This document shows, piece by piece, positions 36,129-45,722 of a DNA stretch of 64,000 nt (positions are counted from its first letter, which is position 1; each line of letters opens with the position of its first letter). The DNA is taken from the NCBI GenBank assembly GCA_017633255.1, contig JAGBPS010000024.1:12451-76450 (forward strand). Direction: 5' to 3'. A program made the translations under genes and the position numbers. Origin of the DNA: Bacteroidales bacterium. Lineage in GTDB: Bacteria > Bacteroidota > Bacteroidia > Bacteroidales > WCHB1-69. Below the pieces are notes generated by a model. That model saw only the letters and a list, made by a program, of their open reading frames with translations. It was not told where the DNA came from and did not search any database.

Positions 36129-36815
36129 CTACTGTAAGGTGAAACGGATAGGAAGGTTGAAGTAGCATCTGACGGGTTTACCCATCTGCTTACCGGGTTT
36201 CCATTTCGGCATCTTCTTCACCACGCGGATAGCTTCGGCATCACATTCGGGATAAAGAGAAACCAAAGGTTTCACATTACTAACGCTACCATCTCTCTCG
36301 ACCACGAACTCGAGCAGAACGGTACCCTGGATATTGTTGTTACGGGCAACTTCGGGGTATTGCAGCTCGTTTCTGAGGAAGGAGTACATGGCTTCCATAC
36401 CACCGATATACTCAGGCATTTCCTCTGCGAAACGCACAGGAGGAGCTTCTTCAGTTTCCTCTTCCACGATTTCGATGGGAACATACTCTTCAATTTCCAG
36501 GTTTTCGTCGAAATCCTGGCTGAAGTCAAAGTCGGTGTTGACCTTGATATTGTCATCCACAATATTCAAGACCACTTCCTGCTGCTGAGCCACTGGTGGT
36601 GGTGGCGGGGGAGGAGTCTGGTCGGTTGCGATAACGTCTTCATCCATCACTTCGATGAATTCGTCATCGGCCATGGACGACACCTGTGCTTTGTCGCGGG
36701 AAGCGAACAGCTCGAAACTCACGTATGTGAGTGCGAGAACAACGGCGAAGCCCATCAAGAGGAAGGATCTTTTCCTCTTCTCAAGATTGCCTTTTTCTGA
36801 CTTTTTCTCTATCAT
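36129..36815 (-). CDS. tonB: Energy transducer TonB
   Basis: 228 aa with an N-terminal membrane anchor, a poly-Pro spacer (PPPPPPPV) and a C-terminal TonB domain (YPEVARNNNIQGTVLLEFVVERDGSVSNV). Confidence 0.9.
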   Translation of the reverse strand: MIEKKSEKGNLEKRKRSFLLMGFAVVLALTYVSFELFASRDKAQVSSMADDEFIEVMDEDVIATDQTPPPPPPPVAQQQEVVLNIVDDNIKVNTDFDFSQDFDENLEIEEYVPIEIVEEETEEAPPVRFAEEMPEYIGGMEAMYSFLRNELQYPEVARNNNIQGTVLLEFVVERDGSVSNVKPLVSLYPECDAEAIRVVKKMPKWKPGKQMGKPVRCYFNLPIRFTLQ

Positions 36816-36848
36816 GACTCTAAATTTTGATTCTTATATTTGTAACGG

Positions 36849-36856
36849 CAAAAATA
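36849..36856 (-). promoter_or_regulatory. -7 promoter box TATTTTTG (minus strand) for tonB
   Basis: Plus-strand CAAAAATA, 34 nt upstream of the start at 36815. Confidence 0.5.
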
Positions 36857-37006
36857 CAAAAAATATTGTAACAAAATCTATTTTCCCCTCATTTTTTTCT
36901 ATTTATTTTTTCTTCTTGATTTTCTGACACATAAGGATGTGTTGGTGTGCCTCCGGCACTTTTTGATTTTAAACTATCAAATTTCTCAACTATCAAAACT
37001 ATTTTG

Positions 37007-37014
37007 TAGTTTTG
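37007..37014 (+). promoter_or_regulatory. -7 promoter box TAGTTTTG
   Basis: TAnnTTTG match 27 nt upstream of the ATG at 37041. Confidence 0.5.
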
Positions 37015-37040
37015 CACGTTCATATAGAAATTTATAAGAT

Positions 37041-40000
37041 ATGAAAAGAATCACGCTTATCGTTTCACTTTTTTTTCTATGCAATATGGTAACTTTTGCA
37101 CAACAAAGTCCCAAGGATATCCAACGGCAGCTGAAACTGTATGAAAAACAAATGCAGCAGTATGACAACGCCTTTGATACCATTTACCTGTCTATCAATC
37201 AGCAGATTGAACAGCAGAAGAGCAACCCCGGCAACGTGGCGATCTGGCAAAGCTGTATGGCCCAGCTGCTGTCGACTTACTATCAGCAGAACCGCTGGCG
37301 AATTATGGATCGCACCGCCCTCTCCGACGAAGAGGCCAATGCCGTTGATTTCAACACCTGGGACGCGCAACGCTTCGCAAAGGAAATCATCAAACATTAT
37401 CTGCTTTCTATCGAGAACAAAGAAGCACTCAGCAAAATTCCCATCCGAGAGTACGCTGTTTTGCTGGATTCGGTGACTTCGGAAACCTATCGCCCCACTC
37501 TGTACGACTTTTTAGCCTTCCGTTTTTTGGATTTTCTGAAAGATGAAATCTATGAACTGCCGATACCCGAAGTTCCTTTTGATGTAAATGATGAGCGATA
37601 CTGGGCTGAACCTCAACAATTTGCCAACATTGACATTCCCGCTACGGACGAATTGTCTTTTTCCTATCTCACTCTTTACACCCTGCAAGAGTTGACCCTT
37701 TTGCACTTGAACGAACCTGACTGCAGAGCATTGTTAGACGCCACCTTGCGTCGTTTCGAGTATTTGGGCTCACACAGCACCTTGGACAATGCCTCGGATT
37801 TGCAATTGGCGGCACTCACCAGCATGGAAAAACAATATCAAGGCAAAGAAGGATATGAAATGGTCACTAACGCTTTGGGTAATTTCTATCAGAAAAGAGG
37901 CAGTCAATACGATAAAAACACCCATCCAGAGTACAAAAACGACTATATAATCGCTATTGACTGGTTCAACAAAACCATTGCGGCAGCACCGAAATCCATA
38001 GAAGCCCGTAATGCCAAAAATGACATCAAAGAAATCAAAAGCTCTGAAGTGAAATTCAGCAGCAACAAAATCATTCCCGCCAACCAAGCCAACCTCATCA
38101 CTTTCTCCTATAAAAATTGTGAAAACCTGTATTTCCGTGTTGTTTCTTGCACAAAAGAAGACTTTGAACTGAAAAGAATTTCGGATAACAAAAAATTTTA
38201 TGCCTGGCTGATACAACAGAAAGAAATCTATGACACCGAACTCAACGCTCCCAACGAAAAAGACTATCGCGGCGTGAGTGGACATTTTCTGCTACCCTCA
38301 TTAGATGCAGGCTTTTATGTACTATTAGCTTCCGATGCCGCCTTCACCAATGAGAATAACAAAGGTTACTCCTTTTCCGCCTTGCAAGTGACTAATATTG
38401 ACGCACAATATCGTCAAAACGGCAAAAAACTGGAGTTTTTCGTGTTCGACCGCACCACAGGACAGCCCCTCAAAGGAGCGGAAGTTAAAGTTTCCCTTTA
38501 TCCAAATTACAATGCCAGCAAAGCTTCCAAAAGCATTCTACTCAACTGCGATGCCGATGGAAAATGTTCCTGTGAAATTACAGATAATGCTTATACACTA
38601 AGGGCCTCAGCCTCTTGGCAACAGGATAAATACCAGATTATCGAACACCAGTATTGGGGCAGATATCATGATGACCCAAAGGTCAATATTTCTGAAAAAG
38701 CCTATACATTCACTGACCGAAGCATATACAGACCCGGACAAACGGTCTATTTCAAGACGATTTTGGTAGAAACAACAAGCGTAGAGAACTTTATTCTTCA
38801 GCAAAAAACAGACAATGGCCAAAATTTTACCGTTGAATTATATGATGCCAACCATCAAAAAGTTGCTGAACAACAACTTACTTCAAATGAATATGGTTCG
38901 GCATCAGGAAGTTTTGTTTTGCCTAACCAAGGATTGACAGGGAGCTTTCATCTTCAGATTAAATTGGAATCAAAATATTTAGACAACCATTATTTCTCGG
39001 TAGAAGAATACAAGCGCCCCACCTTCGAAATCACCTTGGACCAACCTACCGAAGAGTTCAAAATCGGGCAAAATGTAAGCGTGGACGGTCATGTGAAAGC
39101 TTACGCTGGCTATGGTATCGGCGGGGCAAACGTAAAATATCATGTGGTACGCAAGGCCTCCTTCCCCTGGTGGCGCTGGTGGTGGTGGCAACCCACGGGA
39201 AAATCCCAGGAAATAGCCCATGGCGAGACAACCAGCGACAATGAGGGCAATTTCCACATCGATTTCATTGCCCAGCCCGACTTGGAGTCACAACGCTACA
39301 ACCCGCTCTACACCTACGAAATCAGTGTGGATGTGACCGACATCACAGGCGAAACCCACAGCGGCTCCACCCGAGTCTTGGTGAGCAAAATCGGACTGCT
39401 GATCAATGCGGAATTCCCCGAAAGCATTGCCCTGAACGGGAAAAACCAGTTCCCCGTAAAAATCACCAACTTGGCTGGTGAGACCCAAAAAGGCACAATA
39501 CATTACCGCATCGAAGCCTTGCAAACTCCTGAAAATTACAAATACAGTTGCTCGGAAGCCAATTATTATCTGTCTGATTCTATCCAGATGATTCAAAAAC
39601 TGCATTATCTGGACTTCCAAAACGAGACTCAGAAGAGCAATTGGAAAGTCCTAAAAACTGTTAAACATGGCGATTTTGTGACCGATGGCCAAAATCCTTT
39701 CATCATTCAGGATATGAAAAATCTTCAGGAAGCTTATTACAAAATCAGTTTAAGCACCTACGATAAAGACAATAATCAGATCCAAGAAGAGTATTATGTA
39801 TTGATTTATGACGAAAAAAGTAAAAAATGCGCGAATTACGAAGCTATTTGGCTGACAACATCTGACAAAAACACCATAGAAGTTGGAGAAACCATTCATT
39901 TCACCTTGGGAAGCTACCTAAAAAACGCCATGGTACTATGCGAAATCGTCTCTAATGATGAATTAGTGGAGTCAAAATGGGTGAAACTCAATCAAGGCAA

Positions 40001-42971
40001 AGCCGATTTCAGTTATACTGTGACCGAAAAAGACCTTGGCAAAGTGGTTGTCCATGCCTTCGTCACGCAAAACAATAAACAATATGAAAAAAACTTAAAT
40101 TTCAATATTCCCTTTAGTCACAAAAAAATCGACTTTGATTTTCTGACTTTCCGTGACAAGACTCTGCCGGGCAGTCTGGAACAATATCAGATAAGACTGA
40201 AAGATAAAAATGGTGACAAGGTGGCGGCGGAATTGCTTTGCTCCATGTATGACGCTTCCTTAGACGCATTAGCTTCTCCAAACTCTTGGATTTCAAGTAT
40301 TTTCAATAGCAGCAAACCTTCTTACAACTATTCTTTCCGGCTCACTTCAAACAATGGAAACAGCTATTACCGGAATTTTCAGAAAACCTCCTATGATTTT
40401 ATCAGCCGGAACTATCCGCAGCTGTTATGGGAAATAAATAGCTGGCGTAGAAACCGCCTGATGATGAGTAAAGCCGCTGGCGCCTATACCACCAATGGTG
40501 TGGAGGTAAGCATGGAAATGGATTTGGCTGCTGACTTTGATGAAGCAGAAGAAGTTGTGTTAAATACTGTAGCTGACAATATCAAGGTCAACACTGATTT
40601 AAATCTTGATGAAAATCTGGAAAAAGGAACAGAATCTACAGACAATCAAATCCGCACCAATTTCAACGAAACCGCTTTCTTCTTCCCGCATCTGCAAACG
40701 GACAAAGAGGGCAATGTGCTGGTATCCTTCACCATACCCGAATCACTCACCCGCTGGAAACTGCAAGGTTTTGCCCATAACAACGAGCTGATGAGCGGCT
40801 ATTTCGAAAAATTTGTACAGACCCAAAAACCGCTGATGGTGGTGCCCAATATGCCGAGATTCCTGAGAGAAGGCGACCTGGTAGTTTTGTCCGCCAAAGT
40901 GGTCAACATGGGCGAGGAACAACAAAGCGGACAGGTAAAACTGACTTTGACCAATCCTTTCAACGGGGAAAAATTAGACTTGACCAACGGCATCTCTGCC
41001 CAGAGTTTCACCGTTGAGGCAGGACAAAGCAAGGAAGTGCACTTCACCCTGACGGTTCCCAAAGACTTGGGTGCGGTGACTTACCGCATAGAAGCGCAAA
41101 ATGACCAGAGTCCCGCGTATGCCGACGGGGAGGAAGCCACCCTGCCCATTCTCACCAACCGCATTCTGGTGACCGAGAGCCTGCCACTTCATATTTCAGG
41201 AAAAGGAAGCAAAACATTTACTTTCAACAAATTGAAAAACAGTTTCAGCATCGCCAACTCCACATTGAGCACCCAATCCTATACCCTGGAATTCACTCCC
41301 AATCCCATCTGGTATGCCATTCAGGCACTGCCCTATCTGATGGAATATCCTCACGAATGCAACGAGCAGGTTTTCAGCCGTTTGTATGCCAACACTTTGG
41401 CGGCTCACCTCGTCAATTCGCATCCACGCATCAAGACTGTTTTCGACAGCTGGCTGAATGAATCACCCAACGCTTTCTGCTCGCAGTTGGAAAAGAATCA
41501 GGAGCTGAAATCCGTCATTTTGGAGGAAACCCCCTGGGTGTTGGATGCCCAGAACGAGTCGATGCGGAAACAGAACATCGCCCTGCTGTTCGACCTGCAC
41601 CGCATGGCCAAAGAGAACAAGGCCGCCGTGACCAAATTGGAGAAAGCCCAGAACAATGACGGAGGCTGGTCGTGGTTCGGCAGCCATGAGAGCAGTCGTT
41701 ACATCACGCAACATATTGTAGCCGGCTGCGGTCATTTGCAAGTGCTTGGCGTTCAGAATCCTATGAGCGACCAAGTCATCAGGAAAGCGGTTAACTTCAT
41801 CGACAACAAAGCCCGTGAAATCTACGACAAGTGGTACAGAGGCAAAAAAGCAGACTATGATATGACAGACATCCACTACTTGTACGCCCGCAGTTTCTTC
41901 CTGAAACAGAAAGTCAGCACCACCAACAGCGAAGCCTACAATTATTATTATGCCAATCTGAAAAAGAACTGGAAAAAACAATCCATTTACACCCAGGCCA
42001 TGACGGCTTTGATCTGTTATCGCAATGGCGATACCCAGCTGGCCCAGGAAATTGTGGCGAACATCAAATCGAGAGCACAATATTCAGAAGAAATGGGCAT
42101 GTTCTGGAAGAAAGAAGGCTACGGCTACTTCTGGTACGAAGCCCCCATTGAGCGGCAAGCCCTGCTGATTGAGGCATTCAACACCATCACCAAGGACCAG
42201 AAATCTGTGGAACAGATGCAACTGTGGCTGCTCAAACAAAAACAGACGCAAAACTGGCCCACCACCAAGTCCACCACGGAAGCTGTATACGCCCTGTTGC
42301 TCAACAACACACAACTGGAGAACACCAACGGGGTGAAACTGACCATGGGTGACTGGAGCTACACCGAGGGCGACAAGAGCATGCAGGCCGAGGCCGGCAC
42401 CGGCTATATCAAAAAAGCATGGAAAGGCAGCGAAGTGACGGAAGACATGGCCACCATAAAAATTGACAAAAGCAGCAACGGTCCCGCATGGGGAGGTTTG
42501 TACTGGCAGTATCTGGAAAATCTGGACAAAGTTTCCCACAGCGATGACCAGAACTTCAGCATTCAAAAGAAACTCTACAAGGTGGAAATCGGAAACCGTG
42601 GCGAAGTGCTGGTGCCGATTACGGAAAATGCTCCTCTGAAAGTCGGTGACAAAGTGCGGGTGCGCACCGAAATCCGCTGTGACCGCGACATGGAATATGT
42701 CCACCTGAAAGACATGCGTGCCTCCGCTTTCGAGCCCGTGAATGTGCTTTCACAGTACAAACACCAGGATGGCCTGTGGTATTACGAGGCCACCGGCGAT
42801 GCCGCCACCAACTTCTTCATCGACTATCTGCCCAAGGGCACTTACGTGTTCGAATACACTCTGATTGCCACGATGGCAGGAACTTACAGCAACGGCATCA
42901 CCACCATCCAGTGCATGTACGCACCCGAATTCACCTCGCACAGCGAAGGTATTCAAGTTACGATTCAGTAA
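37041..42971 (+). CDS. Bacterial alpha-2-macroglobulin family protein (1976 aa) with intact CxEQ thioester motif
   Basis: Signal peptide and a very long MG-domain-type sequence. The thioester box YPHECNEQVFSRLYA has TGC AAC GAG CAG at 41358..41369 (in frame, Cys1440). A TED-like helical region follows. Confidence 0.85.
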   Translation: MKRITLIVSLFFLCNMVTFAQQSPKDIQRQLKLYEKQMQQYDNAFDTIYLSINQQIEQQKSNPGNVAIWQSCMAQLLSTYYQQNRWRIMDRTALSDEEANAVDFNTWDAQRFAKEIIKHYLLSIENKEALSKIPIREYAVLLDSVTSETYRPTLYDFLAFRFLDFLKDEIYELPIPEVPFDVNDERYWAEPQQFANIDIPATDELSFSYLTLYTLQELTLLHLNEPDCRALLDATLRRFEYLGSHSTLDNASDLQLAALTSMEKQYQGKEGYEMVTNALGNFYQKRGSQYDKNTHPEYKNDYIIAIDWFNKTIAAAPKSIEARNAKNDIKEIKSSEVKFSSNKIIPANQANLITFSYKNCENLYFRVVSCTKEDFELKRISDNKKFYAWLIQQKEIYDTELNAPNEKDYRGVSGHFLLPSLDAGFYVLLASDAAFTNENNKGYSFSALQVTNIDAQYRQNGKKLEFFVFDRTTGQPLKGAEVKVSLYPNYNASKASKSILLNCDADGKCSCEITDNAYTLRASASWQQDKYQIIEHQYWGRYHDDPKVNISEKAYTFTDRSIYRPGQTVYFKTILVETTSVENFILQQKTDNGQNFTVELYDANHQKVAEQQLTSNEYGSASGSFVLPNQGLTGSFHLQIKLESKYLDNHYFSVEEYKRPTFEITLDQPTEEFKIGQNVSVDGHVKAYAGYGIGGANVKYHVVRKASFPWWRWWWWQPTGKSQEIAHGETTSDNEGNFHIDFIAQPDLESQRYNPLYTYEISVDVTDITGETHSGSTRVLVSKIGLLINAEFPESIALNGKNQFPVKITNLAGETQKGTIHYRIEALQTPENYKYSCSEANYYLSDSIQMIQKLHYLDFQNETQKSNWKVLKTVKHGDFVTDGQNPFIIQDMKNLQEAYYKISLSTYDKDNNQIQEEYYVLIYDEKSKKCANYEAIWLTTSDKNTIEVGETIHFTLGSYLKNAMVLCEIVSNDELVESKWVKLNQGKADFSYTVTEKDLGKVVVHAFVTQNNKQYEKNLNFNIPFSHKKIDFDFLTFRDKTLPGSLEQYQIRLKDKNGDKVAAELLCSMYDASLDALASPNSWISSIFNSSKPSYNYSFRLTSNNGNSYYRNFQKTSYDFISRNYPQLLWEINSWRRNRLMMSKAAGAYTTNGVEVSMEMDLAADFDEAEEVVLNTVADNIKVNTDLNLDENLEKGTESTDNQIRTNFNETAFFFPHLQTDKEGNVLVSFTIPESLTRWKLQGFAHNNELMSGYFEKFVQTQKPLMVVPNMPRFLREGDLVVLSAKVVNMGEEQQSGQVKLTLTNPFNGEKLDLTNGISAQSFTVEAGQSKEVHFTLTVPKDLGAVTYRIEAQNDQSPAYADGEEATLPILTNRILVTESLPLHISGKGSKTFTFNKLKNSFSIANSTLSTQSYTLEFTPNPIWYAIQALPYLMEYPHECNEQVFSRLYANTLAAHLVNSHPRIKTVFDSWLNESPNAFCSQLEKNQELKSVILEETPWVLDAQNESMRKQNIALLFDLHRMAKENKAAVTKLEKAQNNDGGWSWFGSHESSRYITQHIVAGCGHLQVLGVQNPMSDQVIRKAVNFIDNKAREIYDKWYRGKKADYDMTDIHYLYARSFFLKQKVSTTNSEAYNYYYANLKKNWKKQSIYTQAMTALICYRNGDTQLAQEIVANIKSRAQYSEEMGMFWKKEGYGYFWYEAPIERQALLIEAFNTITKDQKSVEQMQLWLLKQKQTQNWPTTKSTTEAVYALLLNNTQLENTNGVKLTMGDWSYTEGDKSMQAEAGTGYIKKAWKGSEVTEDMATIKIDKSSNGPAWGGLYWQYLENLDKVSHSDDQNFSIQKKLYKVEIGNRGEVLVPITENAPLKVGDKVRVRTEIRCDRDMEYVHLKDMRASAFEPVNVLSQYKHQDGLWYYEATGDAATNFFIDYLPKGTYVFEYTLIATMAGTYSNGITTIQCMYAPEFTSHSEGIQVTIQ

Positions 42972-43076
42972 GCCCATGCGGGGTTACTGAGATTCGACCT
43001 CTTCAAAGCCGTAATCTTCGTTTGTGCAAATTGATACGGAAAAGACATTTATCACGACAATACTAATCTGAAAAAA

Positions 43077-43925
43077 ATGGAATACTTCTTGGACATGGAC
43101 GAGCAATACGCTCGCTTGGAAAACGCAAAATACGCCCTCTTGCCCGTTGCCTACGACGGCACCAGCACTTTCGTGAAAGGCGCTGACAAAGGACCGCAAG
43201 CCATTATCGACGCCTCCGACAGCATTGAGCTGTACGACGTGCAGTTCGAGATGGAACCTTATACCGCCGGCATCTATACCGACCGCCACGGCTATGACTT
43301 CAGCACACCGGACAAAATGGTGGAATCGGTATATTTGAGGGTAAAGCACTTTATGGACAAGCATAAACGCATCGGCCTATTGGGTGGAGAGCACTCTGTA
43401 TCAGTCGGTTCTATCAAGGCGTTCAGCGAAAAATATCCGGATTTGTCGGTTTTGCAGGTAGATGCGCACGCTGACCTGCGTGACGAGTATCACGGCTCGA
43501 TATACAACCATGCCTGTGTGATGCGCAGAGCCCAGGATTATGCCCGTGTGGTGCAGGTGGGTATCCGCAATGTGTGCACGGAAGAAATGCATAACATCGT
43601 GAAAGAGAATATCTTCTATGCCCATAAGATGTATGACAACAGCGACTGGATGCAGCAGGCCATTGACCGCCTCACCGACCATGTGTATCTTACCATTGAC
43701 CTGGACGGTTTAGACCCGTCGGTACTACCCTCCACGGGCACCCCGCTGCCTGGCGGCCTGTCATGGTACACCCTGATTTCCTTCCTGGAAAAACTCTTTG
43801 CCTCGAAGAAAATAATCGGTTTCGACGTGGTAGAACTCTGCCCCCAGCCGCATGACAAGTCATCGGATGTGCTCGCCGCAGTGCTGGTGTATAAGGTGAT
43901 TTGCCTGTGGGAGAAAAGGAGTTAA
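43077..43925 (+). CDS. speB: Agmatinase (arginase/ureohydrolase family)
   Basis: 282 aa with Mn-binding motifs GGEHSVS, DAHADL and DLDGLDPS. Confidence 0.8.
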   Translation: MEYFLDMDEQYARLENAKYALLPVAYDGTSTFVKGADKGPQAIIDASDSIELYDVQFEMEPYTAGIYTDRHGYDFSTPDKMVESVYLRVKHFMDKHKRIGLLGGEHSVSVGSIKAFSEKYPDLSVLQVDAHADLRDEYHGSIYNHACVMRRAQDYARVVQVGIRNVCTEEMHNIVKENIFYAHKMYDNSDWMQQAIDRLTDHVYLTIDLDGLDPSVLPSTGTPLPGGLSWYTLISFLEKLFASKKIIGFDVVELCPQPHDKSSDVLAAVLVYKVICLWEKRS

Positions 43926-44041
43926 TGTGCTAATTATCAATGTGCTAATGTGCCAATGAAATTAGCAAATTAGTTAATTAGCAAATGTGCAAATGGAATT
44001 TAAATTCCCCTTCTTTTAGAAGGGGTGCCCGAAGGGCGGGG
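43925..44041. repeat. Word-repeat hairpin block (TGTGCTAA words facing TTAGCAAA words) plus three short GC hairpins between convergent genes
   Basis: GTGCTAA TTATCAA TGTGCTAA TGTGCCAA TGAAA TTAGCAAA TTAGTTAA TTAGCAAA TGTGCAAA. Next come the palindrome GGAATTTAAATTCC (43995..44008), CCCCTTC-TTTTA-GAAGGGG and GCCC-GAA-GGGC. Confidence 0.75.
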
Positions 44042-44067
44042 TAGTAATTAGTGTACCCATCAGCTTA

Positions 44068-44829
44068 TCACCGGATAGAAAAGATCCCGTAAACTGCGGA
44101 GCCGCTGCCGGACATAGAGGCATAAACCGCACCACGGGAATAAAAGTCATCTTTGATTTCTTGCAACACAGGGTATTTGGGGAACAAGGAATCCTCAAAC
44201 TCATTATGGATGCAATGTTTCCATTCCGTTATGGGACGTTTTATCAGTTCATTTAGACTGATTGCGGGCTGCTGGGGATGCACACCGGCATAAGCCTCTT
44301 TGGTGGAAATGGAAAAATCGGGTTTGATCATCTCTATTCTGTAAGCGGACAAGTCCAATTCCAGTGGCGTCATGATCTCGCCACGGCCTGTGGCATATAC
44401 GGGACGGTTTTCAATGAAAAATGCTGTGTCGCTACCTAATTGGGCGGCCAAATCCCGCAATTCCGTGGAAGAGAGTTGCAATTGAAACAGCTCGTTGTAC
44501 ATTTTCAGAGCGAAAGCCGCATCGGCAGAACCGCCACCCAAACCAGCTCCGAAAGGAATATTTTTGGTCAATTTGATATCCACCCCATCAATATCGAACT
44601 GCCTCTGCAACAGACGGAAAGCTTTGACACAGAGATTGTCCTCGTCGGCGCAAAGATTTTCCACATTCTGCACCGAAAGCTTCACTCCTTTCTCTATCCT
44701 ATTGATTTCCAGCTCATCGCATAAAGTATGAACCGGATAAAACACCGTTTGCAGCTCATGAAAGCCGTCGCTCCGTTTGGAGACGATATAGAGGCCGAGA
44801 TTGATTTTGAAATTGGGATGGGTAATCAT
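44068..44829 (-). CDS. ispE: 4-diphosphocytidyl-2-C-methyl-D-erythritol kinase
   Basis: ATG at 44829 gives MITHPNFKINLGLYIV...; the tracked TTG at 44841 is an alternative start. GHMP kinase motif PFGAGLGGGSADAA. Confidence 0.9.
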   Translation of the reverse strand: MITHPNFKINLGLYIVSKRSDGFHELQTVFYPVHTLCDELEINRIEKGVKLSVQNVENLCADEDNLCVKAFRLLQRQFDIDGVDIKLTKNIPFGAGLGGGSADAAFALKMYNELFQLQLSSTELRDLAAQLGSDTAFFIENRPVYATGRGEIMTPLELDLSAYRIEMIKPDFSISTKEAYAGVHPQQPAISLNELIKRPITEWKHCIHNEFEDSLFPKYPVLQEIKDDFYSRGAVYASMSGSGSAVYGIFSIR

Positions 44830-44940
44830 ACTGAAAACCAATATTATATTGAATGATTATAGACAGTTGGTTCCATTTTCTGTGAGATTTCCATGAGAGT
44901 AAGCTGTCATAGAGAGAAAGCAGTCATAGAGAGGGAGCAG

Positions 44941-44974
44941 TTATAACAAAATAGGCTGTCATCTCTGACAGCCT
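44941..44974 (-). terminator. Hairpin terminator 3' of tRNA-Asp
   Basis: AGGCTGTCA-TCTC-TGACAGCCT (9-bp stem, 44953..44974). On the minus strand it is followed by ATTTTGTT. Confidence 0.6.
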
Positions 44975-44982
44975 TTGTTTTG

Positions 44983-45057
44983 CGGTCCGGACGAGACTCG
45001 AACTCGCGACCTCCTGCGTGACAGGCAGGCATTCTAACCAAACTGAACTACCGAACC
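44983..45057 (-). tRNA. tRNA-Asp (anticodon GTC)
   Basis: The reverse complement reads GGTTCGGTAGTTCAGTTTGGTTAGAATGCCTGCCTGTCACGCAGGAGGTCGCGAGTTCGAGTCTCGTCCGGACCG. It has a 7-bp acceptor stem, anticodon stem CCTGC/GCAGG with loop CTGTCAC, and T-arm GTTCGAGTC. CCA is not encoded. Confidence 0.95.
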
Positions 45058-45076
45058 TTCGTTTGTTTTGAGGATG

Positions 45077-45084
45077 CAAAGATA
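45077..45084 (-). promoter_or_regulatory. -7 promoter box TATCTTTG (minus strand) for tRNA-Asp
   Basis: Plus-strand CAAAGATA, 20 nt upstream of the tRNA 5' end. Confidence 0.55.
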
Positions 45085-45690
45085 CAACTTTTTTTAATGC
45101 AAAAACATTATGATGTAATTTTTTCTTCTAAATTTTATAACATTCTTATTTTTAGCTATTTATATTAATCTGATTATTTTCTGATTAGTCAAAACATTTC
45201 ACAAAAACAGCTTATGTTCATGGTTTTTTCGGAAAAATTCAGAATAATTCCACTTTTTTGCAATATTTCTGCCCTGATGATGACACCTACCTGCCGCGAA
45301 AGGCACGAGCCCAAACAGCCTGATTGGAACGTGCTGGATATGTACAGGGTAAGAAGAAGGTATGAAGAGGGTAGGCTAAAGGGTGCTTCCGACACATGTA
45401 AATAATAATCGAAAAGTATACCACTGTAATAATGCAAAAGTATACCATTCGAGCAGATTGTACTTTCCCCTTTTGCAAGCCTTGCAAAAATCTGAAACAC
45501 AATATTCTTTGCTGTATCTTTGTGGCAGATAAACGATTTTTTCAAATCATTCATTTTCTTATTTGTATACTAAATGATTTGTATATATTTTCCCTTTCGT
45601 ATAATATAAAAACGAACAGAACAAATACTCTTTTTTGTATCTTTGCATGTCGTAAATAAAACAAAAACAGATCCGCAAATTTAATATTCC

Positions 45691-45698
45691 TACTTTTG
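45691..45698 (+). promoter_or_regulatory. -7 promoter box TACTTTTG for the island operon (further boxes at 45515..45522 and 45638..45645)
   Basis: TAnnTTTG match 25 nt upstream of the ATG at 45723. The tracked TTG start at 45696 lies inside this box. Confidence 0.5.
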
Positions 45699-45722
45699 CA
45701 TAGTCAACGAAATATTTTCCTC

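Noticed and set aside
45189-45659. Four overlapping 63-121-aa ORFs, and a relatively GC-rich ~130-nt patch (about 45270..45400, containing the hairpin TGCC-GCGAAA-GGCA), in the spacer between tRNA-Asp and the island operon
   Set aside because: The ORFs have no recognisable motifs and are mutually overlapping and Cys/Phe-rich, like random AT-rich translation. I could not match the GC-rich patch to any RNA family (6S, SRP, RNase P, tmRNA) by eye. It remains a possible decayed gene or ncRNA but is unsupported.
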